Assembly: GCA_051747805.1 (NCBI GenBank) | Contig: JBNJGP010000013.1 | Coordinates: 1-41,372, forward strand | Reading direction: 5' to 3' | Length of the DNA: 41,372 bases | Source of the DNA: Candidatus Muiribacteriota bacterium | Lineage (GTDB): Bacteria > Muiribacteriota > Muiribacteriia > Muiribacteriales > Muiribacteriaceae | Shown: piece by piece, positions 17,664-27,311 of the stretch | How the letters are laid out: each line of letters opens with the position of its first letter | Numbering within the stretch: the first letter of the stretch is position 1 | The notes under the pieces: model-generated | What the model saw: the letters and a program-made list of their open reading frames with translations, nothing else | Database searches by the model: none | Told to the model about the DNA's origin: nothing | Translations under genes and position numbers: made by a program

Positions 17664-18761
17664 TTATTTTTTAACAAAATGACAGGCAACTTCTCGGTTA
17701 TCATCAAGTTTTACAGTTGCAGGAAATTCTTTTGCGCATATATCTTTAGCCATTGGACATCTAGTTCTAAAACCACAACCAGAAGGTTTTGCCAGTGGCG
17801 AAGGAACATCCCCTTTTAATACCATTCTTTCAGACTTTTTACGCGGATCTGTATTTGGAACCGCAGACAATAAAGCTTTAGTATATGGATGCTTTGGATT
17901 ATTATAAACTTCCTCGGCAGGACCAATTTCAACTAGATTACCAAGATACATCACAGCGATTCTATGTGCTATATGCTTAACAACAGATAAGTCATGCGCA
18001 ATAAAAACATAGGTTAAACCATACTCTTCCTGTAAATCCTGCATTAAATTAATAACCTGAGCCTGTACAGAAACATCTAATGCAGATACAGGTTCATCTG
18101 CTAAAATTATTTTAGGATTTGTTGATAAAGCGCGAGCTATCCCAATTCTTTGCCTCTGACCACCAGAAAATTCATGAGGATACCTGTAAGCCTGTTCTTC
18201 AGAAAGACCAACCTTCTCAAGAAGAGACATTACAAGTTCAAGATTTTCTTCTTTACTTGTATACTGATGGACAGTAAGAGGTTCAGAAACAATATCTGAA
18301 ACAGTAAGTCTAGGATTCAGTGATGAGTAAGGATCCTGAAATATCATCTGAATATCAGCTCTGTAAGGTTTCATTTCTTTTCTGTTAAGCTTTGCTAAAT
18401 TAACTATTAACTTCTCTTTAGTGCCGTCAACAAGACCTTCAGTATCATGATAGAAAATATCTCCGGCAGTTGGTTCATAAAGCCGGATAAGACTTCTTCC
18501 TATAGTAGATTTTCCACATCCGGATTCACCAACAAGTCCCAGGGTTTCTCCTCTTTTAAGAGTAAAAGACACTCCATCAACAGCTTTTACCCAACCAACA
18601 ACCCGTCGTAAAATCCCGCCTAAAACTGGAAAATAAGTTTTTAATCCTTCAACTTCTAAAATAGAATCTTTTTCTTTACCTTCATGACCAGGAATACTTT
18701 TTCTGAAAAGTTTTTCCTGTTGTTCCATTTTCGTCAGTCTTTTACTTATAAATTCTTTCAT
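17664..18761 (-). CDS. oppF: Oligopeptide/dipeptide ABC transporter ATP-binding subunit (OppF/DppF-like)
   Basis: [48 protein letters not shown]-terminal Cys-containing HPY domain. Start moved to ATG 18761 (GGAGG RBS, overlaps upstream stop). Confidence 0.92.
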   Translation of the reverse strand: MKEFISKRLTKMEQQEKLFRKSIPGHEGKEKDSILEVEGLKTYFPVLGGILRRVVGWVKAVDGVSFTLKRGETLGLVGESGCGKSTIGRSLIRLYEPTAGDIFYHDTEGLVDGTKEKLIVNLAKLNRKEMKPYRADIQMIFQDPYSSLNPRLTVSDIVSEPLTVHQYTSKEENLELVMSLLEKVGLSEEQAYRYPHEFSGGQRQRIGIARALSTNPKIILADEPVSALDVSVQAQVINLMQDLQEEYGLTYVFIAHDLSVVKHIAHRIAVMYLGNLVEIGPAEEVYNNPKHPYTKALLSAVPNTDPRKKSERMVLKGDVPSPLAKPSGCGFRTRCPMAKDICAKEFPATVKLDDNREVACHFVKK

Positions 18762-19750
18762 TTTTTGCCTCCACAAAGATGGCATCTAACAAGATGACCT
18801 GGTTTTACCTCAATTAATTCAGGAACCTCTTTTTCGCAAATATCCATTTTTTTTGAACATCTCGTTGAAAAAGAACAACCCTTAGGCAAATTCATAATGC
18901 TTGGTACATTACCAGGTATCGTATATAATCTTTCTTTTTTTGTATCAAGAGATGGAATAGATTCCATCAAACCAATTGTATATGGGTGAAGTGGTTCATC
19001 AAAAAGTGTATACTTATCTGCAACTTCCTGAATTTTACCACAATACATAACAATAACTCTGTCACACATTTCAGAAATAACTGCAAGATCATGTGTTATA
19101 AGCAATATAGCTGAATCCTGTTTCTTTTTTTTAATATCCTGCATCAAATCAAGAATCTGTGCCTGTATAGTAACATCAAGAGCAGTTGTAGGCTCATCAG
19201 CTATTAACAGAGATGGATTACAAACAAGAGCCATAGCAATCATAACCCTCTGTCTCATTCCACCGGAAAACTGATGAGGATAATCATCAAGTCTTTTTTC
19301 TGCATCAGGTATTCCTACCAGTTCAAGCACTTCTACTGCCTTTTTTTTCGCCTCTTCATCAGTTAATCCCTGATGTAAAAGAATAGGCTCCATCACCTGC
19401 ATCCCAATAGTAAATACAGGATTTAATGATGTCATTGGCTCCTGAAATATCATTGATATTTCATTACCTCTTTTTTTCCTAATTTCTTCCCATGAAAGGT
19501 CAAGCAGATTCTGTCCCTTAAGTTTTATTTCTCCGTTTACAATTTTCCCAGGAGGATCTGGAATTAACCTTAAAAGCGAAAGAGATGTAACCGATTTACC
19601 AGAACCAGATTCGCCAACAATACCAAGAGTCTCCCCCTCATATATATCAAAGGTAACTCCGTCAACAGCTTTTGCGGTCTGGCCTTCAACAAAAAAGTAT
19701 GTTTTTAAATCATTTACTTCTATTAGTTTTTTTCTATCTTTATTATTCAT
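18758..19750 (-). CDS. oppD: Oligopeptide/dipeptide ABC transporter ATP-binding subunit (OppD/DppD-like)
   Basis: [42 protein letters not shown]. Confidence 0.93.
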   Translation of the reverse strand: MNNKDRKKLIEVNDLKTYFFVEGQTAKAVDGVTFDIYEGETLGIVGESGSGKSVTSLSLLRLIPDPPGKIVNGEIKLKGQNLLDLSWEEIRKKRGNEISMIFQEPMTSLNPVFTIGMQVMEPILLHQGLTDEEAKKKAVEVLELVGIPDAEKRLDDYPHQFSGGMRQRVMIAMALVCNPSLLIADEPTTALDVTIQAQILDLMQDIKKKKQDSAILLITHDLAVISEMCDRVIVMYCGKIQEVADKYTLFDEPLHPYTIGLMESIPSLDTKKERLYTIPGNVPSIMNLPKGCSFSTRCSKKMDICEKEVPELIEVKPGHLVRCHLCGGKK

Positions 19751-19761
19751 TCCCTTCCTCC

Positions 19762-20958
19762 TTACCTTAATCTTGAATATTCTTTTGGATCAAATGCCTC
19801 TCTTATTGCTTCTCCGATAAAAGTCACAAGAAGAAGGGTGACAAACATTGCTCCGACCGGTGATGCAATCAGCCACCATGAATGTAAATTAGACACTCCC
19901 TGATTTAACATCTCACCCCAGCTTGGAGTAGGTGCCGGAAGACCAAAACCAAGGAAGTCCAGCGAAACAAGCGATGTTATTCCTGTTAAAACACTGAAAG
20001 GTAGAAATGATATAACAGGAGTTAGTGAATTTGGTAAAATATGTCTGCTTATAATTTTCCAGTCACTGACTCCAACAGCTAAAGCAGCGTGAACATAATC
20101 ACGTGATTTTTCTCTAAAAAATTCTGCTCTCATATACCAGGACATTCCAACCCATCCAAATGCCGAAAGTATAAGTATAAGCACCCAGAAATTAGGGACA
20201 ATTATAGAGGAAACAATCATAACTGTATAAAGAAAGGGCATCGATGACCATATTTCAATAAGTCTCATGCCGAAAAAGTCAATTTTACCAGCATAATACC
20301 CCATTATTGAGCCAATTGTAATACCTATAATATAATTAGTCAAAGTAAGTAGCAGCGCAAACGACAAAGATATTCTGAAACCATAAACCATTCTTGCAAG
20401 AACATCCCTTCCCCTGTCATCTGTTCCAAGCAGATTCTGCAAATCGGGAGAAGTAGGCGGTCTTCTGTCCCCAAGCTCTGCAAGCAGACTTTGTGTAGGT
20501 CCATAAGGATATATTGCCATAATCGCCCAGTCACCTCTATCCTGTTTTTTAAAAACTTCGTTGAGCTTAGTATAACTTCTAAGAGATTTTCGTAATTCCT
20601 GGTACATTTCATGTTTACGTTCAAACTCTACAAGTTGTTCTCCAGTAATATTTGGGTTATCAGAAGCATCCCTGAAATCCCTTGAAGCCTGTCTAGCATT
20701 TGTCATTATATCACGTCTTAATTCTGTGCTACCATAAATCGGATAATATATTTCCCCGTCAAATTTTGCCATAAGAGGATAACTGTTTATAAAAAATTCT
20801 GCAAAAAAAGAAAGGAAAAATAATAATAAAATAATAAAAAAAGAATAATATCCCCTTTTTATTTTAGTAAATTTTTTAATTCTTTTTTTTAGCAGGGGTG
20901 ATAGAAATGCTTTTTTTATTTCCTGTTGTTGTTTAGAATTACTTTTTTCTTTATCCAT
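19762..20958 (-). CDS. Peptide ABC transporter permease (YejE/OppC-like)
   Basis: [42 protein letters not shown]. Confidence 0.92.
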   Translation of the reverse strand: MDKEKSNSKQQQEIKKAFLSPLLKKRIKKFTKIKRGYYSFFIILLLFFLSFFAEFFINSYPLMAKFDGEIYYPIYGSTELRRDIMTNARQASRDFRDASDNPNITGEQLVEFERKHEMYQELRKSLRSYTKLNEVFKKQDRGDWAIMAIYPYGPTQSLLAELGDRRPPTSPDLQNLLGTDDRGRDVLARMVYGFRISLSFALLLTLTNYIIGITIGSIMGYYAGKIDFFGMRLIEIWSSMPFLYTVMIVSSIIVPNFWVLILILSAFGWVGMSWYMRAEFFREKSRDYVHAALAVGVSDWKIISRHILPNSLTPVISFLPFSVLTGITSLVSLDFLGFGLPAPTPSWGEMLNQGVSNLHSWWLIASPVGAMFVTLLLVTFIGEAIREAFDPKEYSRLR

Positions 20959-20969
20959 AATAATCCCCC

Positions 20970-22004
20970 TTAGTCCAGCCTTATTCTAGGATCAATTAAA
21001 CAGTACAAGAAATCTGATAAAATATTTCCACCTAATCTAATTACTGTACTTAAAACTAAAACACCTAGAACAATCGGATAATCCCGGGCTATAATTGAAT
21101 TATACCCCAGTAAACCAAAACCATGTATATTAAAAACTCTCTCAATCAGAAACGAACCTGCAAGAACTACCGAGAACAAATGTCCTAAGCCTGTTGCAAT
21201 GGGAATTAAAGAGTTTCTGAGTGCATGTTTAAAAATAACAGTTTTCTCAGGTAATCCTTTTGCAAACGCTGTTCTTACATAATCCATTCCAAGATTTTCC
21301 ATAAGGGAGTTTTTCATTAGAATTGTTAATCTGGCAAAAGACGCCAGCATATAACAGAACATAGGCAGAATAAGATGATATAAATTATCCCATATTTTAC
21401 CTAATGTTGAAAGTTGGTCATAATCCATTGAGCGAATGCCACCCAGAGGGAATATATTCCAGAAGGAGCCACCCCCAAACCACATAAGCAGTAAAATACC
21501 CACTACCCAGCCGGGAATTGAATAGGCTAAAAAAACAACAGCCGACGAAATAAAGTCAAATTTCGAGCCATGTTTAATAGCTTTCCAGACCCCGAGGGGA
21601 ATACATATTGTATAGGATAAAATAAACCCGGTAAGTCCAAATCGAAGAGATATTGGAAATCTGGATTTAATAACATCCCATACTGGTGCAGAATATACCT
21701 GAGATTCTCCCAGGTTAAGCCTTAAAACATTTCCAAACCACTGAATATACGCAATATAAAATGGTTTATCAAAGCCATATATTTCTTTAAGTCTCATCAT
21801 CATTTCTTCAGAAACCTCAATTTCACCATCATCTGAAGTTGCCTGAGAACCAGACTCACCAGTTGCGGCCATCTGCTGATATTGAAGGACGGCCATTTCA
21901 ACTGGGCCGCCAGGCACAAATCGCATAACAGTGAATACAAGAAATGTAATACCAATAAAAGTTGGTATAACCATCAGCAATCTTCTAATAAAATAATTCA
22001 ACAT
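20970..22004 (-). CDS. Peptide ABC transporter permease (YejB/OppB-like)
   Basis: RRLL..IPT..GIT, PGGPVE, YGFDKP, DYVRTA.AKGL, DPRI. Confidence 0.92.
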   Translation of the reverse strand: MLNYFIRRLLMVIPTFIGITFLVFTVMRFVPGGPVEMAVLQYQQMAATGESGSQATSDDGEIEVSEEMMMRLKEIYGFDKPFYIAYIQWFGNVLRLNLGESQVYSAPVWDVIKSRFPISLRFGLTGFILSYTICIPLGVWKAIKHGSKFDFISSAVVFLAYSIPGWVVGILLLMWFGGGSFWNIFPLGGIRSMDYDQLSTLGKIWDNLYHLILPMFCYMLASFARLTILMKNSLMENLGMDYVRTAFAKGLPEKTVIFKHALRNSLIPIATGLGHLFSVVLAGSFLIERVFNIHGFGLLGYNSIIARDYPIVLGVLVLSTVIRLGGNILSDFLYCLIDPRIRLD

Positions 22005-22021
22005 ATTTTTATACCACCTTT

Positions 22022-24034
22022 TTAATAGTCTCTTTGATATGGTTCCCAGTAATTAACCGAGTCGGGTTGTCCGGGAAGTTTTTCCCCTGAATCAACAACT
22101 TCATCAAGTTTATCTGCCTTATCTTCGTCATACCACCAGTATGAAATAGCCGAAGTATGTGCATTAGACGCAGAGGTAAACCTATCTATAACAAATTCAG
22201 GCATATTGAACTTATTCCAGTAAAGCAATCTTATATTATCTGAATACCATGCAAGCATTGTCATATATTCATCCATAAGAATTGAATCCATTTCACGAAG
22301 CATTTGAATTCTTTTTTCCACATTAAACTCTAAATTATAAGCTTCTGTAATCTCATCAACTCTATCATTTTTAAAACCCCATACATTATTTGTATTATCT
22401 TTATCTGCAAATCGTGAATGAAATTGACCTTCAGGATTAGGGAATAAAAGACCTGAGTAGGCTATTGAAATTAATCTGAAGTTTCTCTCGTTCAAATCTC
22501 TGATATGTCTTGCCCAGTCAACCTGACGAAGATTAAGTTTAATTCCAAGATATTCCATATCTTCCTGCAAAACAGTTTCAACACGGTTATCATCACTATA
22601 GTTCATAGTCAACTCAAGCACTCGTCCGTCTTTTTCAAGAAAACCGCTTGGACCAATTTCATATCCAGCCTCTTCAAGAAGTTCTTCAGCATAAATTGGA
22701 TCATGCCTGATTTTTTCATTATCTGGATTTTCATATGGTGAATTTGGGAAATATGAATCCATATATGCATATTCATTATAGAATATTGTTTCCATAAGCT
22801 TCTGTCTATTTCTTAAATAAGAAAAAGCTTTTCTTACTTTTTTATCATCAAAAGGCCATTTTCTCATATTCAGAATTATACCAGACATTCCATTAGGAGC
22901 ATGATTATAAACACGCTGTTTTATTACATGATTTTTATCAATTTGCTCCCAGTTGTCAGCTGTATATTCCTCGGCCCATCTTCTAGCCATTCCAATATGT
23001 TGAAAATCTATATCACCTGCTTTGAATTTTTCAAGCAAAATAGAGTCCTCAGTATAAAAAACAAATCTTATTTTATCAAAATTATACATTCCCTGATATC
23101 TTTCTTTATCTTCAGCCCAGAAATTATCATTTCTTATAAGCTTTATATATTGATTTGTTTCTGCCTCGTCAAAATAATAAGGTCCAGTACCAACTGGCAT
23201 TTTATTATTATAATCGTCCATATAATCCTCTGCAGTTATTCTGCCAATTTCATGCTCAGGATAAACTGTCATACCACTAGCTGCCATAAAAAGTCGCCAT
23301 TCTACACCTTTTGCTTTAACCATAACAATATCTTCAGTTAAGGCAACCGGTCTTTCAAATTTATGCCAGTAATCCTGAGTAAAAGGGTCTCTCAGATCAT
23401 CGGCGGTAAATAAATCCCATGATGCAACATAATCAAATGAACGAACTTTCTGTCCATCTCTCCAGTGAGCTTCCGGGTCAATATGGAAAAAGAAAGTTTT
23501 TTGATCATCCGCAATATTCCATTTATTTGCTAAAACAGGAATTGTTTCCATGGTAATAGGGTCAAGAGTGGTCATTCCCTGATAAACAAGATTTTCAAGT
23601 TGAGAATTGAAAACATAACTTGAGTTTTCCCCTTCAGTTCTTAATGTTGCTGGATAACTTGTCATACCATAAGTGAAATTTCCGCCTCTTTTAGCTTCAG
23701 AACTTCCCAGAATTGATATTTCATCGTTACTTGTCCATTCAATAGATTCGACAAGAGAGTCAATTTCTTCCTGAGACATATCTTTTGGGCCATACTTATT
23801 AAATAACTCATCAAGAGTTCCCTCTTCAATAACAATATCTGAGCGTGGATCACGCATTGTTGTTGGCGAAACCTCTTTTTGCTTTTCTTCTGTTTCACTG
23901 GCAATTTCATCCTGTGTTTCACTGGCAATTTCATCCTGTGCATCAATAAATTCCTGACTCGGATCATCACCGCAACCACCAATAATTAATGCAACAACAA
24001 GAGCTAAACTTAGAATAATTGAACCTTTTCGCAT
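22022..24034 (-). CDS. Family 5 solute-binding lipoprotein (YejA/OppA-like)
   Basis: Lipobox-like IIGGC, AKRGG, PVGTGPY, G.YNFD.I, PFDD.KVRKA; first gene of the ABC operon. Confidence 0.92.
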   Translation of the reverse strand: MRKGSIILSLALVVALIIGGCGDDPSQEFIDAQDEIASETQDEIASETEEKQKEVSPTTMRDPRSDIVIEEGTLDELFNKYGPKDMSQEEIDSLVESIEWTSNDEISILGSSEAKRGGNFTYGMTSYPATLRTEGENSSYVFNSQLENLVYQGMTTLDPITMETIPVLANKWNIADDQKTFFFHIDPEAHWRDGQKVRSFDYVASWDLFTADDLRDPFTQDYWHKFERPVALTEDIVMVKAKGVEWRLFMAASGMTVYPEHEIGRITAEDYMDDYNNKMPVGTGPYYFDEAETNQYIKLIRNDNFWAEDKERYQGMYNFDKIRFVFYTEDSILLEKFKAGDIDFQHIGMARRWAEEYTADNWEQIDKNHVIKQRVYNHAPNGMSGIILNMRKWPFDDKKVRKAFSYLRNRQKLMETIFYNEYAYMDSYFPNSPYENPDNEKIRHDPIYAEELLEEAGYEIGPSGFLEKDGRVLELTMNYSDDNRVETVLQEDMEYLGIKLNLRQVDWARHIRDLNERNFRLISIAYSGLLFPNPEGQFHSRFADKDNTNNVWGFKNDRVDEITEAYNLEFNVEKRIQMLREMDSILMDEYMTMLAWYSDNIRLLYWNKFNMPEFVIDRFTSASNAHTSAISYWWYDEDKADKLDEVVDSGEKLPGQPDSVNYWEPYQRDY
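23891..23940. repeat. Exact 24-bp tandem duplication within the solute-binding protein gene (QDEIASET x2)
   Basis: tgtttcactggcaatttcatcctg at 23891-23914 and 23915-23938. Confidence 0.95.
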
Positions 24035-24138
24035 TTAAAGCCTCCGTGTTATTATTTCCTTTTGCTGGAAAAAAATTCCATATTTTTTTATAACTTACGT
24101 ATTATACATAACTTTTTTTAAAAATCAAAGTTCTTTAT

Positions 24139-25782
24139 TTATATACCAGAATTTAACTTTTTAAACCTTTTATACTCTTCATCATAAATAAAACGATTTT
24201 TTTCTTTTAAAAATTTTTGTATCCGGTTATGGTCCTTTTTTTTAATCATCTCATCTATCTTCCATCTTTCCCTATCAAATTCTGCAAAATCAACCGGTGA
24301 ATGATAACAGTTTAAACCAAAAGTCCGGAATCTATCCTGATTTGAATTGTAGCTATATTTTTTTTTGCATTCCAGACATTTTTCAGGAATAGAAGAAAAA
24401 TCTGACTGCTTAAGTTTGGATTTAAAATATTTAAAATCATTAATTTCTATATCTATGTCATCACAACCCGTAAAAAGCTTGTTTTTTTTAAATTTCAACT
24501 CTCCTGTCCAGGCTATACAGAAATCTTTTTCCAATTTTTTGTCTAATTCCAATAAATTGAAATAGTAGGCTCTTTTTAATTTTAGATTAGAAAAAAAAGC
24601 ATAAAAATTATTTTTATTTAAAAAATTATCTATGATTTTTTTATTTGAAGTTTCGCCTTTTAAAAAGTAAAATTCAAAAGGAATTCCAGTATTAATACGA
24701 TGGAAATACATTTTTTTGAGTTTATTATCAAAATTTATCCTATGAAGTTCCTCTTCTTTTAAAAACTCATAGTCAAAACAGTCCCGGCAGGAAGAAATTT
24801 TTTCAAAAAAACCTAGCATATGCAACGCTTTAAAGTAGAAATCAAAAAGATTTTTTTGAGGATCACTGTTAGGGAATTTATGTTTAAAGTAAATATCCCT
24901 GCAACAAATTGTTCTAAAATCATCCTGAATGACGGGCTGATTAAATAAATAATTACAAGCTTTTCTTTTAAAAAAATTTTGCCCAGTTTCTAAATCATCA
25001 TTTATAAAAATATTGTATTTTTTTTTCAGGTTTTGAATTACCTTTAAAAATAGAACACTTTCTTTTTTAAACCCGCTGTACATACGTTTAAATCCAATTG
25101 AGTGATTTTCTCCAGTATCACATGTATCTTCGCAGATGAAAAAATCAAGGTTATATTTTTTGAATTTTTCACTCCAGAAATCTATAAATTGAGAAAGCTC
25201 ATTTTTATTTTCTTCTAGAATTATTGCCTGAACGTTTATTTTAATATCTTTTTCAAGCGATTTATTCAACGAGCTTTTTTTCATAAAATACTCTGTGTTA
25301 TAGTAAACAACATCTCTTAAATCTTTACCAGTTAAATATTTATATGTTTCTCCCTTAAATGCATTAATTGAAAAATTAACAACAAAAAATACTGGATATT
25401 TTTTTATAATTTCAAATAACTTATCAGTAACTTCCGGAGTTAATAAAGTGGCATTTGTATTTATAAAAACATGCTGAACAAAAGGTGAATAATAACTTTC
25501 AAACATAACGTATTCAAAAATTTTTAAAAAATCGGGATGAACAAAAAATTCCCCTTTATTAATTAAGGAAACGGCTTTATAGGGAGATTTTCTATTAAAT
25601 ATTTTTTTTAATTCAGAAACACTTAAATATGATTCATTTTCTGAAAAATGAAAATTATCTTTATTTTTATAACAGAATTTACATTTTAAATTGCATATCA
25701 CTGTTGTTTCAAGTAATATACAGTTTTTTGGCTCTACCTTTTTTGCTTTAAATTTATTTATAATTTTTTTAAATAAACTCAC
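24139..25782 (-). CDS. Radical SAM protein with Cys-rich SPASM/twitch-like C-terminal modules
   Basis: CNLKCKFC (CxxxCxxC), GEFF, INTNATLL, SINA...ETY; downstream C..L, CC.D, CxxC clusters. GTG start. Confidence 0.85.
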   Translation of the reverse strand: MSLFKKIINKFKAKKVEPKNCILLETTVICNLKCKFCYKNKDNFHFSENESYLSVSELKKIFNRKSPYKAVSLINKGEFFVHPDFLKIFEYVMFESYYSPFVQHVFINTNATLLTPEVTDKLFEIIKKYPVFFVVNFSINAFKGETYKYLTGKDLRDVVYYNTEYFMKKSSLNKSLEKDIKINVQAIILEENKNELSQFIDFWSEKFKKYNLDFFICEDTCDTGENHSIGFKRMYSGFKKESVLFLKVIQNLKKKYNIFINDDLETGQNFFKRKACNYLFNQPVIQDDFRTICCRDIYFKHKFPNSDPQKNLFDFYFKALHMLGFFEKISSCRDCFDYEFLKEEELHRINFDNKLKKMYFHRINTGIPFEFYFLKGETSNKKIIDNFLNKNNFYAFFSNLKLKRAYYFNLLELDKKLEKDFCIAWTGELKFKKNKLFTGCDDIDIEINDFKYFKSKLKQSDFSSIPEKCLECKKKYSYNSNQDRFRTFGLNCYHSPVDFAEFDRERWKIDEMIKKKDHNRIQKFLKEKNRFIYDEEYKRFKKLNSGI

Positions 25783-25784
25783 TT

Positions 25785-26351
25785 TTACTTTTTAATAAGC
25801 CAGGAAATATTTTCTGCAAGTTTTTTTATTGTTGTTAAACCTTCTTCATCCTCTTTATATTCACCTTCTGCCATCGAAACACCAATATTCCAGTAACTAG
25901 ATCCCGGTACTATCATTCCGTTAATAAGATAAAAATTATTTATTGTATTAAAAACACACATTCCACCAGCTCTTCTTACAGCCACCACAGCAGCTCCTGC
26001 TTTCCGGTTTAATAAACCACCATTAGCCTTATTAACCATTCCAGCCCGGTCAAGCAAGGCCTTGGTTTCAGCAGTTAAATTACCAAAATAAGTTGGTGAG
26101 CCAATTAACACAGCATCGGATTCAAACATCGCCTCAAGACACTTATTTATTGGATCATCGTTAAAAATACATTGCCTGTTTAACTTCTCGGCACATTTCC
26201 TGCAACCTGTACAACCATGAACCATATTTCCACCTAACTGTACAAATTCAGTAGAAAAACCCTCATTTTCAAAAACTTTAAAAGCCTCTTTAATATATCC
26301 AGCTGTATTACCATTATTTCTAGGACTTCCGTTAATTCCAACTACTTTCAT
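25785..26351 (-). CDS. Flavodoxin-fold iron-sulfur flavoprotein (NADPH-dependent FMN reductase family)
   Basis: GINGSPR..GNT, CTGCRKC.......C cluster motif, GSPTYFG, RRAGG, GS.YWN. Confidence 0.92.
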   Translation of the reverse strand: MKVVGINGSPRNNGNTAGYIKEAFKVFENEGFSTEFVQLGGNMVHGCTGCRKCAEKLNRQCIFNDDPINKCLEAMFESDAVLIGSPTYFGNLTAETKALLDRAGMVNKANGGLLNRKAGAAVVAVRRAGGMCVFNTINNFYLINGMIVPGSSYWNIGVSMAEGEYKEDEEGLTTIKKLAENISWLIKK

Positions 26352-26550
26352 AAAAACTCCTAATTTTTTATTAATTTTTTTAAATTATAGAAAATTATAG
26401 CAAAAATGATGAGAATTTTAAAGTTTCTAAATTTAGCTTAAACCTATTTGTCTATTTTGCCAAATAGTCAAATTAATAATAATGATTATATGGATAAATC
26501 TGGTAATTTTAGAATTAAAATTCACAATTGATGACTTGACCCCAATTTTC

Positions 26551-27231
26551 TCACATGCTTTTTTTAATGATTTTTTCAAGATTAATTATAACATCAGATA
26601 GAGAAACATACTCTTTTCTGGAAAATAAATGTTTATCCATACATATATTTAACAGAATACGCAGCTCTTCAAGAAGGGATACAAACTCATTTAAATCGAG
26701 TTTTTCTAATTCCTTAGTTTTAATTAAATCAAACTGAGATGAAAGATTTTCTAAGCTGTTTTTAATTCTTTTTGAATATAAAAGTTTATTCTGCCCAAGT
26801 AATTCAATTGAAAAATTCTGTAATTTTGTAGAAACAGCCTTCCATTTGGAAAGAACAGAGGGAGAAACCATTTTCAAATAATGTAATCCCCGCATATTAT
26901 GATTTATTCTTTCATAAATATTCCATCTTTTAAGTCTTGGAACAGTCATACTCGCAATACGAAGCGCTTTTGAAATTTCCATTCCTTTACTATGTGAAAT
27001 AATTTCTGCGGCCGATTCTATTACATCCTCGATTTTTAAATCAGGATCCCTGAAAGCTCCTTTATAATAACACATTTTACAATAATCCTTATTAATTGAA
27101 CCGTCTGTATTACGCGAAAATAGATTTTCATCTTTAATTGGAATGCCACAACTCTGACAAATTGGATTATTATCAGAATCTTTTGATATTAAAGTTTTTT
27201 TTCTAATCTTTTCTTTTGTTAAATCAACCAT
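26551..27231 (-). CDS. Putative zinc-ribbon protein with a C-terminal helical (four-helix-bundle-like) domain
   Basis: CQSCGIP...N.DGS.N.DYC..CY..G.F...P.LKRW is the putative zinc ribbon family signature; C-terminal ~100 aa is amphipathic helical. Confidence 0.75.
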   Translation of the reverse strand: MVDLTKEKIRKKTLISKDSDNNPICQSCGIPIKDENLFSRNTDGSINKDYCKMCYYKGAFRDPDLKIEDVIESAAEIISHSKGMEISKALRIASMTVPRLKRWNIYERINHNMRGLHYLKMVSPSVLSKWKAVSTKLQNFSIELLGQNKLLYSKRIKNSLENLSSQFDLIKTKELEKLDLNEFVSLLEELRILLNICMDKHLFSRKEYVSLSDVIINLEKIIKKSM

Positions 27232-27311
27232 TTGCCTTTTTTGCCTCTTTAATTAATTAATCCTAACTAAATTTAATATAAAGGATTTTTCTAAGAAAAT
27301 CAAGTGTTTTT

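Noticed and set aside
17330..17707. 125-aa minus-strand ORF in the oppF-tolC spacer
   Set aside because: Runs through a terminator and the MITE-like element, overlaps oppF in another frame, and has no recognisable motif.
26551..27231. Diversity-generating retroelement
   Set aside because: Only a tentative Avd-like domain; no reverse transcriptase and no adenine-specific TR/VR repeat pair seen in the window.
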